64,000 nt of DNA from a virus. Lineage: Duplodnaviria; Caudoviricetes. Location: IMG/VR virus record IMGVR_UViG_3300002307_000018, positions 192,001-256,000 of that record; one strand, 5' to 3'. The notes under the pieces are model-generated. The model saw only the letters and a list, made by a program, of their open reading frames with translations. It was not told the origin of the DNA and ran no database searches. Within the stretch, counting starts at the first letter, position 1. Each line of letters opens with the position of its first letter. This document shows, piece by piece, positions 9,684-18,971 of this stretch. A program made the position numbers and the translations under genes.

Positions 9684-10187
9684 TTAAGCTGCGTTAGCGT
9701 CTTTCATCTGTCGTTGATATTCGACCATTGACTTGAATCTATCTGCTGCGTATGACGCTGCCCAAGCGTTGGGCTTGGTCATTGGAATCACGTTACACAT
9801 TCCACGAATATAACCCACAGCTTCGTTAACCACAATGCTTGAATTATGAATCTCGTTTGGGTTAATATCCAAGTGAACTTCGATATCGTGTGCCACAACT
9901 TCGCTCAGTTTCAAGTACAGATCAGCGATCTTATACACTTCAGTCATTAGTCGCATACGTGGCTTGTTAACGTGTTGTTCGTAGTCACGCTCACGATCTA
10001 CTGCACCGAAAATCTTGCAACCTTGATTGCCGTTAATGTGAACTACTACCGCTGTAATATAGTCAGCATACCAAACGTTGTCGATTTGAAAACGTTCACT
10101 ATCGCAGCCGATATAAACTCGGGTATTAGTGTCACATGTTTCCAAAAATTGTACCACATCATCTACGTTGATATGCTTCTTATACAT
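9684..10187 (-). CDS. RNase H-like YkuK/DUF458 family protein
   Basis: VYIGCDS, RMRLMTEV, EVHLDIN, AASYAAD. Confidence 0.8.
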   Translation of the reverse strand: MYKKHINVDDVVQFLETCDTNTRVYIGCDSERFQIDNVWYADYITAVVVHINGNQGCKIFGAVDRERDYEQHVNKPRMRLMTEVYKIADLYLKLSEVVAHDIEVHLDINPNEIHNSSIVVNEAVGYIRGMCNVIPMTKPNAWAASYAADRFKSMVEYQRQMKDANAA

Positions 10188-10191
10188 GTTA

Positions 10192-10443
10192 TCACCTGTT
10201 TTTATGTTTGTTGTGTTCTTTGTTACGCTTAGAAGTCTTGGAGACTGCCTTGAGTAAATATTCTCTGCCTACAATGCCTACAGCGATTTCGTTATCCGCT
10301 ATCTGACTGGGCGTTGCAACTTTCTTGTACTGATTAAGCACGTATGTCCCTGTATCTAGACTGTTATATCGTACTTGCTTAATCTCACGTACACGAGCGG
10401 CTGATACTAATACACGCTCATAAATGTTTTCTACTTTACTCAT
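10192..10443 (-). CDS. RNA polymerase omega-subunit-like protein
   Basis: YERVLVSAARVREI...IADNEIAVG resembles RpoZ (F.LVL.AA.RARQ...ALREI..G). Confidence 0.55.
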   Translation of the reverse strand: MSKVENIYERVLVSAARVREIKQVRYNSLDTGTYVLNQYKKVATPSQIADNEIAVGIVGREYLLKAVSKTSKRNKEHNKHKNR

Positions 10444-10979
10444 AAGTTATCCTTGTTAAAAATTACCATCCAACCAAGCTTTTCCAAGTCTTGTCTAATC
10501 TCGTCTGTTACTGTACCTTCGCTTACATAGTTCTGTGCAACGGGTCCGGGTCCATCTGTGTACGCATCAGTAATGCCACTATTGTACCAATCAATATAAT
10601 CACCCTCACCACGCATATCGGATATGATACCGCCGGCATGACGCCAACTACAACTCCAAAAATCTTCTGCTAGAATCTTGAACACATCATCAGGTTTGGC
10701 AAAATCATTGTTACAAAGTGCTGCGTATAAGTGTTGTGCGTACACCTCGTTGATTCTAACTTTTTCTAATATCCAATTAGTAGTGCGTAAGTCCCATTCA
10801 AGATTGTCTTTTCTCCATTCAGGATCATCAATATTCTGTTCATCAATCTTATCCCACGATTCGTACCATTGAATCATGGCAACATATTGTGGATCATCTA
10901 CTGACTTGCCACTTTCAAGATGGCGCAGAATATAGTTTTGCTTTTGAAACGTATTCTTTTGTGGGCTAGTGCTAATCAT
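10440..10979 (-). CDS. conserved phage hypothetical protein
   Basis: 179-aa ORF overlapping next gene. Confidence 0.75.
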   Translation of the reverse strand: MISTSPQKNTFQKQNYILRHLESGKSVDDPQYVAMIQWYESWDKIDEQNIDDPEWRKDNLEWDLRTTNWILEKVRINEVYAQHLYAALCNNDFAKPDDVFKILAEDFWSCSWRHAGGIISDMRGEGDYIDWYNSGITDAYTDGPGPVAQNYVSEGTVTDEIRQDLEKLGWMVIFNKDNL

Positions 10980-10994
10980 TTCTATCTCTTATTC

Positions 10995-11071
10995 TGGTGG
11001 GCGCAGTAGGATTCGAACCTACGTAATCTATCGTGTAAGGATAGCGACTAAACCGCTCATACCATACGCCC
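10995..11071 (-). tRNA. tRNA-Val(UAC)
   Basis: cloverleaf, loop CTTACAC, CCA end. Confidence 0.92.
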
Positions 11072-11083
11072 GTTTTTACTTCT

Positions 11084-11168
11084 TGGTGCGAGAGGAGGGA
11101 CTTGAACCCTCAAACCTTGCGGCGTCTGGGCTTAAACCAGGTGTGTTTGCCAATTTCACCACTCTCGC
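11084..11168 (-). tRNA. tRNA-Leu(UAA)
   Basis: loop TTTAAGC, long variable arm, CCA. Confidence 0.92.
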
Positions 11169-11174
11169 TAATCT

Positions 11175-11612
11175 TTACTTTTTCGCATTTGTTTTTCCAA
11201 TCATTCCGATTGCAATTGCGTTCTTATGTTCTTCACTTTTTGGCTTGCCCTTATTACCACTTCCATGTTTGTTACCTTGTCTTCCAATTCCATTTCTACG
11301 ACATGCTTCTTCGTAACCGTATTTTCTTACGGCAATTTCCCACGGATTTTTCCATGTCCCGCAGTCTTTGGAATCCTGAACATTTTCCTTACGAGTTCCC
11401 CAATACAAATGAAGTGGATTAGAACACTTATCATTATTACAAGCGTGGCATAAATCCACTTTACTCGGAAAATTTGTATTGAGATATTGAGCCAATACTC
11501 CACGATGAACGGTACTATTTCCTCCTCGCTCTACACACGACTGTGTTAAGTCAAGATGTTTAGTTCTTTCGTCTCTGTCGCTATTCTTGATCCAATCTTC
11601 TACAATAATCAT
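11175..11612 (-). CDS. HNH homing endonuclease with NUMOD3-like tail
   Basis: CHACNNDKCSNPLHLYWGTRKEN; C-terminal KPKSEEHK; start MIIVEDW behind GAGAG. Confidence 0.85.
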   Translation of the reverse strand: MIIVEDWIKNSDRDERTKHLDLTQSCVERGGNSTVHRGVLAQYLNTNFPSKVDLCHACNNDKCSNPLHLYWGTRKENVQDSKDCGTWKNPWEIAVRKYGYEEACRRNGIGRQGNKHGSGNKGKPKSEEHKNAIAIGMIGKTNAKK

Positions 11613-11628
11613 ATCTCTCGCTAAATTC

Positions 11629-11703
11629 TGGTCCGGCGTGCAGGAATCGAACCTACGTTTAGGAGGTAGAAGCTCCCTGTATTTTCCACTATACGAACGC
11701 CAG
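11629..11703 (-). tRNA. tRNA-Arg(UCU)
   Basis: loop CTTCTAC, CCA. Confidence 0.92.
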
Positions 11704-11709
11704 ATAATC

Positions 11710-11785
11710 TGGTACTCCCCCCGTGAATCGAACACGGTACCAAGAAATTATGAGTTTCCTGCTCTGACCGATGAGCTAGAGGAGC
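11710..11785 (-). tRNA. tRNA with CAU anticodon (Met or Ile2)
   Basis: loop CTCATAA, lacks initiator GGG/CCC stem. Confidence 0.9.
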
Positions 11786-11801
11786 ATCTACTATAAAAGC
11801 T

Positions 11802-11830
11802 ATTATACTTGAAGTCATGTTAAAAGTCAA
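11802..11830 (-). promoter_or_regulatory. sigma70 promoter for tRNA block
   Basis: TTGACT-17-TATAAT. Confidence 0.85.
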
Positions 11831-11846
11831 CAAGCAATCGTTCCAT

Positions 11847-12347
11847 TTACTCTCGAACTATGCCAACCATGTGCAGTCTGTGCTGATCTGAACAGTTCAT
11901 AAACGAATGAAACAATCTTGTATCTACCCAATGTACTGTGCCCGTTTCCAAGTGTCGGTTTAATCCATGTTTGAACACAAAATATGCCTCAGGGTTGGTG
12001 ATCATGGGAATGTGTACACGTGGTGTATAGTCACGGTGCATACTATAACAAGCATAGGGACCTACCCACATGAAACGTGTGCGTGTCATGTTGAACTCTG
12101 TAATCAGGGCTTCAAAGACAGTATTCTTAAAGTAAGGATTGATTTGATCATAGTCAAACTCTTTGCCCTGACTTTTACCCACGCTACTAGTCCATGGATC
12201 ATCACCCAGTCTATGCTGTAGGCTTACTTGTTTACCCTTGTGACCAAAATCAGTCCAACATATGCCAGCTTCAAGTGTACGATATGCCGCTATTACTGGC
12301 TCCATGTCAATAGGTCTAAGTGCTTTTATCAACCGGTCATTGATCAT
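11847..12347 (-). CDS. 2OG-Fe(II) oxygenase (AspH-like)
   Basis: HRDYTPRVHIP ... DTRLFHSFMN. Confidence 0.75.
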   Translation of the reverse strand: MINDRLIKALRPIDMEPVIAAYRTLEAGICWTDFGHKGKQVSLQHRLGDDPWTSSVGKSQGKEFDYDQINPYFKNTVFEALITEFNMTRTRFMWVGPYACYSMHRDYTPRVHIPMITNPEAYFVFKHGLNRHLETGTVHWVDTRLFHSFMNCSDQHRLHMVGIVRE

Positions 12348-12978
12348 CTGATTTCCAATATTTTTTTAAATCATCAGGCATAGTATAGTCATTTCTATTC
12401 AACAACAGTGTAAAGTTGTCATAGTGATCACGACCCTGCCATGGACTACCCAGTGCTAGTGTAACTTTGATATCATCTGAATTGTTAGTCATACCATGTG
12501 GCCAACCACCGTCCATTAAAAATGGGCCAGTGACATTGGGTGCTGCTACAGTTCCAGTAGCGGTATTAAAATATAATGTATCTGTGTTACCCTGCAATAC
12601 TACTCTAAATTTGTTTTGTCTGGTGTTGACTTCATGCGGAGCACAGTCAATATGCTCGTTGTTGCTGTAATGCGGTTGAGTAATCAGCGCCATAATTCGT
12701 GATCGACTTTGTAGCCAATCAAACGCTACTTCTTCAAACCATTCTACGATTGATAGGGGTGCCCATTCAGTCCATTCAAATGTTTTACCCTTTCTGTGAT
12801 TGTTGATTCCTAAACGTTTTCCCGGATAATCGCCCATCTTAACCATTAGTGGAATCATTTTGGTACTGCGATAAGGATCCCACCATGAAAAAGAATCATC
12901 AATAGCCAATATCGAATTGGCTGCTGATTGTTTGTCTAAAACGGGAATGTCGATAGTACCGAATAAGATATCGTTCAT
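12337..12978 (-). CDS. 2OG-Fe(II) oxygenase-like protein
   Basis: HID...PHGMTN facial-triad pattern. Confidence 0.6.
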   Translation of the reverse strand: MNDILFGTIDIPVLDKQSAANSILAIDDSFSWWDPYRSTKMIPLMVKMGDYPGKRLGINNHRKGKTFEWTEWAPLSIVEWFEEVAFDWLQSRSRIMALITQPHYSNNEHIDCAPHEVNTRQNKFRVVLQGNTDTLYFNTATGTVAAPNVTGPFLMDGGWPHGMTNNSDDIKVTLALGSPWQGRDHYDNFTLLLNRNDYTMPDDLKKYWKSDDQ

Positions 12979-13026
12979 ACTGATATTTATTGTTCGGTAC
13001 TACTGACTGATACTTTATCTAGTGAT

Positions 13027-13590
13027 CTAGATCAAGTCTTCTGCTGTTAGTGTTGCGATTGTTTTATCGCCCAATGGAATTTCAGTCTTGATGTTGAGTT
13101 CAAGAATTGTGTCGTTGATTGACTGCTTTTGCTTCTTGAGCTTTAGTAGTTCGCTCTTGAGATCAGCAAGTTGTTCTTGCGTCAATACTGAAGTCATCAC
13201 AGAGTCTTCACGGCCGTACAACCGTGAGTTGTTATCTTGCGCCCGAATCTTTTCGAGTTTCTTATTGACCATATCAATGTCACGTGGGCCAACTGTAAGC
13301 ATTTCTTGTACTTGAGCAATACGCTTGTCCACAAATGCGGCTGTAGCCAATTGCATTGAGATACCCGATGATACATTGGCTGCGGCTACCAAACTACGAA
13401 TGTTGTAGTACGCAACTGATAGCGCAACACGACGGTAATCGTTGGCAACAAACTCTCGATTTGCTGCTGTGATGGCGTCGAACGCATCAACGTACTCTGA
13501 CACAGTGATTGCAGGTGCGACCTTGATACTGCGTAGTGTTTCTTGAATAGCGTTTTGTAATGCTGATGCTTTGCGTAATGTAATGTTCAT
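13027..13590 (-). CDS. coiled-coil phage protein (N-terminus reminiscent of DIP1984-like family)
   Basis: MNITLRKASALQNAI, helical heptads. Confidence 0.6.
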   Translation of the reverse strand: MNITLRKASALQNAIQETLRSIKVAPAITVSEYVDAFDAITAANREFVANDYRRVALSVAYYNIRSLVAAANVSSGISMQLATAAFVDKRIAQVQEMLTVGPRDIDMVNKKLEKIRAQDNNSRLYGREDSVMTSVLTQEQLADLKSELLKLKKQKQSINDTILELNIKTEIPLGDKTIATLTAEDLI

Positions 13591-13889
13591 ATATTTTCTC
13601 TTTAATTAACAGTGATTGAAATTTTAACGTGATGGTAAGGTCAAGTAAAAGACTGGACAATTGACAATAAGGTAACTTGCCGAGGCAGAGGTTCGACCCT
13701 TATGTGACATATGACAATAGACAACTGACATGGGTTCATATATTTGCGATTGACAATTGACAATGTTTTTGTATCGCTACACATGACACGAGCGCCATAA
13801 CGCGCAACAGTAAGCTTCGTTTTCAAGACGAAATGGTGTCTATCCTCATCTACCCTACACTACACGGTCAGTTTAAGAACTGACAAAAC

Positions 13890-13966
13890 TGGCTGGCAAG
13901 GCTGGGCTCGAACCAGCGACCTAATGATTAACAGTCATTTGCTACTACCAACTGAGCTACTTGCCA
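13890..13966 (-). tRNA. tRNA-Asn(GUU)
   Basis: loop CTGTTAA, CCA. Confidence 0.93.
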
Positions 13967-13975
13967 TCTGAAATT

Positions 13976-14051
13976 TGGTGCCCCCAGCCGGATTCGAACT
14001 GGCCACCCCCGCATTACAAGTGCGGTGCTCTACCAAATGAGCTATAGGGGC
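13976..14051 (-). tRNA. tRNA-Thr(UGU)
   Basis: loop CTTGTAA, CCA. Confidence 0.93.
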
Positions 14052-14069
14052 AAAACTTTTACTGCGAAA

Positions 14070-14231
14070 CTATTTAGCCTCTAAGATTCTAATGCGATTT
14101 TTTATTTTCGCTCGAATCTTCTTCTTACCTTCTTTCTCAACTAGTGCGTTGAGTTGTGTGACAGTCAATCCGCCTAAGCGAGTCTTGCCTGTCTTTGTTT
14201 TATTTGGATCTCGTTTTTGATTACGTTGTGC
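14070..14231 (-). CDS. small basic protein
   Basis: K/R-rich ORF between tRNAs; probable GTG start (VAQRNQKRD), as the longer call overlaps tRNA-Ser. Confidence 0.55.
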   Translation of the reverse strand, partial: AQRNQKRDPNKTKTGKTRLGGLTVTQLNALVEKEGKKKIRAKIKNRIRILEAK

Positions 14232-14253
14232 CACAATGTTTCCTTTAAATTGT

Positions 14254-14347
14254 TGGCGGAGCATGTTGGATTTGAACCAACGGTACGGGTTTTTGCCCAT
14301 ACGGTTTCTTAGCAGGAAACTGGTTTAAGCCACTCACCCAATGCTCC
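14254..14347 (-). tRNA. tRNA-Ser(GCU)
   Basis: loop CTGCTAA, long variable arm, CCA. Confidence 0.93.
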
Positions 14348-14378
14348 GTATGTACTGCTAAATCTTTACTATACAGCT

Positions 14379-14407
14379 ATTATACATGATGTCTGAATTA
14401 AAGTCAA
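14379..14407 (-). promoter_or_regulatory. sigma70 promoter for tRNA block
   Basis: TTGACT-17-TATAAT. Confidence 0.85.
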
Positions 14408-14422
14408 TGCGATTCGGACAAC

Positions 14423-14905
14423 TTAGTAATTTATATTGTCGAACTCAATCATTGAGATACGTGGTTCTTGGATCCATAAATCTATGGCTCGTAAGACTGT
14501 GCTGTATGCAACAGGCTTTTTATCCACATAGTTCTCTAAGTATCCCATTTTAAGTAGTAGCATTGGCAACTGACTAATCTTCTTAGCCAGCTTGTGCTGC
14601 TGCTCTATAGCGTGTTTGTCTCTAAAGTATGTGTTGTCTATGTGAGCATAGTCTGCTCCCATGGACCCACTGGTTACAATCATGGTCTTGTTCAACAAAT
14701 CATCAATAAGATTAGCTTGCTCAACACCACAGTATGCGTTGTTGAAAAAGATGTCGGCAGTACTTGCTACATTTACAATCGCATCATTGCTTCTAATATC
14801 GTAACCGTTGCTACGACTAAGCCCTATAACTGTGTGATCATGTTTGTAGTGATCGTATATTGCTTTTCCCAAACCTGAGGTATGTCCTGTGATAACTATT
14901 TTCAT
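14423..14905 (-). CDS. short-chain dehydrogenase-like Rossmann protein
   Basis: ITGHTSGLGKA, FFNNA, YxxxK. Confidence 0.8.
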   Translation of the reverse strand: MKIVITGHTSGLGKAIYDHYKHDHTVIGLSRSNGYDIRSNDAIVNVASTADIFFNNAYCGVEQANLIDDLLNKTMIVTSGSMGADYAHIDNTYFRDKHAIEQQHKLAKKISQLPMLLLKMGYLENYVDKKPVAYSTVLRAIDLWIQEPRISMIEFDNINY

Positions 14906-14931
14906 AGTACTTATTTACCCTAAATAAATGT

Positions 14932-15528
14932 ATGAACTATAAAACTATTCACAACACTCTTTTACCGATTCTAAGCAACGGGCGCAAGACAGGAATATTT
15001 TGCAGCGGTGGCTTTGACAGTACACTGTTATTGTTCTTGTGTTTGAGAATTATCAAAGAAGAAAATCTCGATACTGACTTACAGGTGTTTACTGTACCAC
15101 GACACGATGATAGTATTGTACACGCTCAACGTATTGTAGATTACATGAATAATATTTTTAAATACACTCTAAGCATACGTGCAGTGGGTGACCCTGATCT
15201 TGAACATGCAAAGCAAGTAAGTAGCGGTCTTAGACCGGCACTTGAATACTGTGAACAAATATTACTGGGTGATACTACCAACCCAGATGAAGTACCCAAT
15301 GGTCCCGTTCGTGTTCGCAGTACAAACGATCTGTACATACAGCCATTCATTGACTATACCAAACGTTCGACTGTTGCACTAGCGGCAGAGATTGGTTTCA
15401 TCGACTGTCAAATACTCTCACACACTTGCACTGAAAGCAAGACCGTACGTTGTGGTCGTTGCTGGCAATGTCGTGAACGTGCTTGGGCGTTTGATGCTAA
15501 CGATTATGTTGACGTTGGTTCAATGTAG
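14932..15528 (+). CDS. QueC-like PP-loop ATPase
   Basis: SGGFDS; SHTC...RCGRCWQCRER Zn site. Confidence 0.75.
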   Translation: MNYKTIHNTLLPILSNGRKTGIFCSGGFDSTLLLFLCLRIIKEENLDTDLQVFTVPRHDDSIVHAQRIVDYMNNIFKYTLSIRAVGDPDLEHAKQVSSGLRPALEYCEQILLGDTTNPDEVPNGPVRVRSTNDLYIQPFIDYTKRSTVALAAEIGFIDCQILSHTCTESKTVRCGRCWQCRERAWAFDANDYVDVGSM

Positions 15529-16186
15529 TCAGACGTTCAATCTCAGCAGCAGCCTCGTCTAACAGGTCTGCCAATCTGTCTGGCTCTCCATCTTGTACAC
15601 TCTTGCGAGTAGGAATCTGACGGCGAATCTCAGCACGTTTTCTAAGTCTGTACACTAAACTTTGTTCTTCCAATGGAAGATCACTAGTCAACGGTTCAGG
15701 CGTAGGTTCATACTTATTTTTCTCGTCGTATCCATGTCTATTCGCACGTGCGTCATATAGCGCATGATGTTGTGGTAATTTAGTCTCAGCCCACCAATCG
15801 CTAATCCGTTGCTGATCTAAATCAGTCCAAATCAACTCTACGTCTATACGCATACGATCACGATGATCGTCACCCAGCGAGGACATTAGATCAAGAAATA
15901 AGTGCCAGTCGGTCGCATAGTCTACGCAAATGGTAACACCAGTATTTTGATACTCTTCTAACCAGAATGCCAACAGATACGCAATGTGTTGAGTGTTGCC
16001 CACTATAGACGTGTGCTGTTGACCCAGTAATGGTAATACGGTATCAACTACAAACTGACTACACGCCTCACGCCTGAATTGGGTAGACTCGGCGTAAAAC
16101 TCACGACCGTTCTCGTCTACGATTCCAATACTAATCATTTCGGGATTCGTAAAGTCCGTGAACTCGGTGTCAAGAAAGAGGCGCAT
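15497..16186 (-). CDS. DEDD 3'-5' exoribonuclease with extra C-terminal domain
   Basis: FLDTEF ... HHALYDA. Confidence 0.8.
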   Translation of the reverse strand: MRLFLDTEFTDFTNPEMISIGIVDENGREFYAESTQFRREACSQFVVDTVLPLLGQQHTSIVGNTQHIAYLLAFWLEEYQNTGVTICVDYATDWHLFLDLMSSLGDDHRDRMRIDVELIWTDLDQQRISDWWAETKLPQHHALYDARANRHGYDEKNKYEPTPEPLTSDLPLEEQSLVYRLRKRAEIRRQIPTRKSVQDGEPDRLADLLDEAAAEIERLTTLNQRQHNR

Positions 16187-16207
16187 TATTTTATCCTAAA
16201 GAAAAGT

Positions 16208-16555
16208 TTATTGAAGAATTCTCTCAGAGCCTATTCTGTCCGTTGTTATCCAAGCATTGCCGGATGTACCAGGCTCAAATTTTGAAGACCAGTCTGACAT
16301 ATCCTCTGTTTCTGAATCAGGAACAAGGGTCACTCCGGATAGATTTACTCGTAGTATGGTGCGAGGTTCGTTACTATCATTCTGAAAATTAGAAAACCAT
16401 TCTGCCATATCACGATCCGCCCAAAAATAAGTTTGACCTCTCCTATTAGGATTAAATCCGTGCTTAAGAATTGTTGATAGATTCTTGTCACTCGTAACGT
16501 GATAACCAATTTTTGGCGGAGTAACTGATTCTGATAGTACGTCTTTGATTCGCAT
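16208..16555 (-). CDS. putative ADP-ribosyltransferase-fold protein
   Basis: GYHVTSDKNLSTILKHGF, YFW, ILRVNL; MRIKDVLSES N-terminus; ATAAATA upstream. Confidence 0.5.
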   Translation of the reverse strand: MRIKDVLSESVTPPKIGYHVTSDKNLSTILKHGFNPNRRGQTYFWADRDMAEWFSNFQNDSNEPRTILRVNLSGVTLVPDSETEDMSDWSSKFEPGTSGNAWITTDRIGSERILQ

Positions 16556-16583
16556 CTAGTATTTATCGCTCATTTGTTTAACC

Positions 16584-16868
16584 TCATCTGAAATCGTCCT
16601 TCATCCATCCAAGTAATATCCAGTGAGTTACATCGTATACTTTGCCTAATACATGATGGTCATACGGACCCGTAAAATGTAACGTACGTCCTTCAGTTAA
16701 ATTAACACCACCGTGGTCTTTAAGAAATTGGATCAACTCTGCTCGGGTGTAAAATGTTATTGAGTCACTCTTTGGATTCATACTCAAACTGACATCAGGG
16801 CGGCAAGTAAAGTCAAATAGATCAGTACTTCGCCACCGCTCAATGTCACGTGGGTAAAATGTAACCAT
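16584..16868 (-). CDS. hypothetical protein
   Basis: packed ORF, start reassigned. Confidence 0.6.
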   Translation of the reverse strand: MVTFYPRDIERWRSTDLFDFTCRPDVSLSMNPKSDSITFYTRAELIQFLKDHGGVNLTEGRTLHFTGPYDHHVLGKVYDVTHWILLGWMKDDFR

Positions 16869-16869
16869 A

Positions 16870-17550
16870 TTATTTCCTATGTCTAAAAGATTTCTTAACA
16901 TCAAACCCATGACCTAAAATCTTTTCCTTATCGGACTGATTGTCGTTCACGATTAAATCAGGCGATGGGTGCATGGTGTTTGCCACGTAGTACGATAAGT
17001 CTTGATACAACTGTTCTGCGGTGATGATCGTTGGGATTTCGTAGTTTGCCAGAACTGGAATATTCTGATCAATGATAACTTCAACGTCACGACTACCACG
17101 GCGTATCTGATCAATACTGTACACAGGTGCGCCAATCTCACGGGCGATCTGGGTCAAGATTGGATATTCTCCTCCAATTTCTTTAGTGAGATCGCTACGA
17201 CCACGCCAACGATACGCTGAGTTTTGATTGTATTCGTATTCTTCGGGGAAATTCTTCTCAGTGAACAGTCGGTATTCCAGTGGCATTATTTCATTGGTGC
17301 GCCATTTACGAACCACTAGATAACGTCTACCAGCAATCACAATGTACTTACTGTCGTAAGCGTGGTGATCTAAGAGTTCACGCTGCCACATTCTGGACAT
17401 ATTCAAGTCTCGTGCTTGATCATCAGTGAGGTTGACGCTACATTTAGCGGCAGCGATGGGCACTCTCGAATAAACAAATTTTGGATCGCCGCCTCCGTAT
17501 ACGTGTGCCACGTGATCATAGTAATCTTTATAGTTGCTTTTGATCTTCAT
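16870..17550 (-). CDS. conserved phage hypothetical protein
   Basis: 226-aa ORF, AGGAG SD. Confidence 0.75.
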   Translation of the reverse strand: MKIKSNYKDYYDHVAHVYGGGDPKFVYSRVPIAAAKCSVNLTDDQARDLNMSRMWQRELLDHHAYDSKYIVIAGRRYLVVRKWRTNEIMPLEYRLFTEKNFPEEYEYNQNSAYRWRGRSDLTKEIGGEYPILTQIAREIGAPVYSIDQIRRGSRDVEVIIDQNIPVLANYEIPTIITAEQLYQDLSYYVANTMHPSPDLIVNDNQSDKEKILGHGFDVKKSFRHRK

Positions 17551-17560
17551 CTATCACTCC

Positions 17561-18550
17561 TTAAATATCGTTAGCACACTCTTGCATTTGTTCACTAGTA
17601 CACCGACACATTGATTCCGAATCTCCATGAATATCTTCCTTGTATGGACAAGTATGCCATTCACGTTCAAAGAAATCACGTACCCATGCTAATCGTGCCT
17701 GTTCATCCAATGCAGTATATTCAACAATGTTTGCTTGAATATGATCGATCAGTGGATAGTACTCTTCGTCAATTGTTTGTTTGACTTGTGGGTTCATCAA
17801 CTTATCAGTGCGTGGGTTACGTGCCACAAACTTCTTGATCAAGTAGTATGGCGATTTGATCTTTGCCGACACTCCGTTATCTGTGTAGAAAACGAAACCC
17901 TCGTGCTTGACGTGCTTAACAATGTGTAACACTACTTCCAAGTTTACTCGGTAACCCAGTACTGGGTGACAGCCAAATCGATCAGCCATAACTCCATCAA
18001 CGTTGATAGTATCGACATCGGTTTCAATTGCCGAGTTCCAAGACTTTTCACGCCATCCTAACAAGTACATTCCCTCTTCTTCTGGGATAATGTGTGGGTC
18101 GTTCTTGTGAACACACTCAAACATAAAAGTCTTGGTTGGATATGTGGCGCATACCTTGCGATAGCGTTCAACATCGATCAACTCACGAATCATATCAACA
18201 TACTCTGAGTCAGTAGACCCAGTGGTAGATATTAACAAATCGTTGTTATGCCAAGTAATGGCGCCCATAAATCCATTGACTTTACGAAACATAGTCACCG
18301 GCGTATCGTCTGATAACACAGGTGCCTTGGCTTCGATTCCGTAGTTGTAGATTTTTGTAAATGGGTATGACACGATATCATAGTTGTCATCGATAATAGT
18401 TCCACGACATTCTTCTAGGAAATCATTCCATAGTGAGTCGTAGAACACACGGCGACGATACTTCAATACATAGATTCCATCTCCGGCTGGCTTCTTTGAA
18501 ACCAAGCGTGGGTTAGACTCTACGAATTCCTTTAATGCTTGCTTATCCAT
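17561..18550 (-). CDS. rnlA: T4 RnlA-like RNA ligase 1
   Basis: PFTKIYNYG, KVNGF, FECV, EGFV, KIKSPYY. Confidence 0.85.
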   Translation of the reverse strand: MDKQALKEFVESNPRLVSKKPAGDGIYVLKYRRRVFYDSLWNDFLEECRGTIIDDNYDIVSYPFTKIYNYGIEAKAPVLSDDTPVTMFRKVNGFMGAITWHNNDLLISTTGSTDSEYVDMIRELIDVERYRKVCATYPTKTFMFECVHKNDPHIIPEEEGMYLLGWREKSWNSAIETDVDTINVDGVMADRFGCHPVLGYRVNLEVVLHIVKHVKHEGFVFYTDNGVSAKIKSPYYLIKKFVARNPRTDKLMNPQVKQTIDEEYYPLIDHIQANIVEYTALDEQARLAWVRDFFEREWHTCPYKEDIHGDSESMCRCTSEQMQECANDI

Positions 18551-18962
18551 TATCTGTCTCATATAGTCGTGAAATGTCATACTCAAATCGATCTTGCATC
18601 TTTGCCAAGACATCTGCAGGAACGTTGTGTTCGTTCTGCCAAGTGCCGTGACAAGTAATAACTTGTGGTGTGATGTCTAGATCACGTGCGATCTTAAAGT
18701 ACGGTTTGAGTTCTTTGAGTGTGGTGAAAGTGTTAGACACAATCACCACCTCACCGTACACGGCGCCCTCTAACCACAATCGGGCTTGATCCTGACACCA
18801 ACGATGGGCTAGATACAATTTATTGACATCAAACTTGTATTCGGTGTCTTGCATAAAATACTGATCAGCCTCAAAGTGGGCTCCTGTGTATCCCTGTAAT
18901 AACATCTTAGCCAGTGTAGACTTTCCCGATCCTGGAATTCCACGAATTAAAATTAGTTTCAC
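18543..18962 (-). CDS. P-loop polynucleotide kinase-like (AAA_33)
   Basis: RGIPGSGKST, EADQYF, VSNTFT. Confidence 0.85.
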   Translation of the reverse strand: MKLILIRGIPGSGKSTLAKMLLQGYTGAHFEADQYFMQDTEYKFDVNKLYLAHRWCQDQARLWLEGAVYGEVVIVSNTFTTLKELKPYFKIARDLDITPQVITCHGTWQNEHNVPADVLAKMQDRFEYDISRLYETDNG

Positions 18963-18971
18963 TTTATTTCC

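Noticed and set aside
11613-11735. N-terminal extension of the HNH ORF
   Set aside because: It reads through tRNA-Met and tRNA-Arg; the ATG at 11612 has an SD-like GAGAG
13641-13826. 61-aa CDS
   Set aside because: No SD, and it runs across the periodic UGUC repeats and hairpins, which are better explained as non-coding
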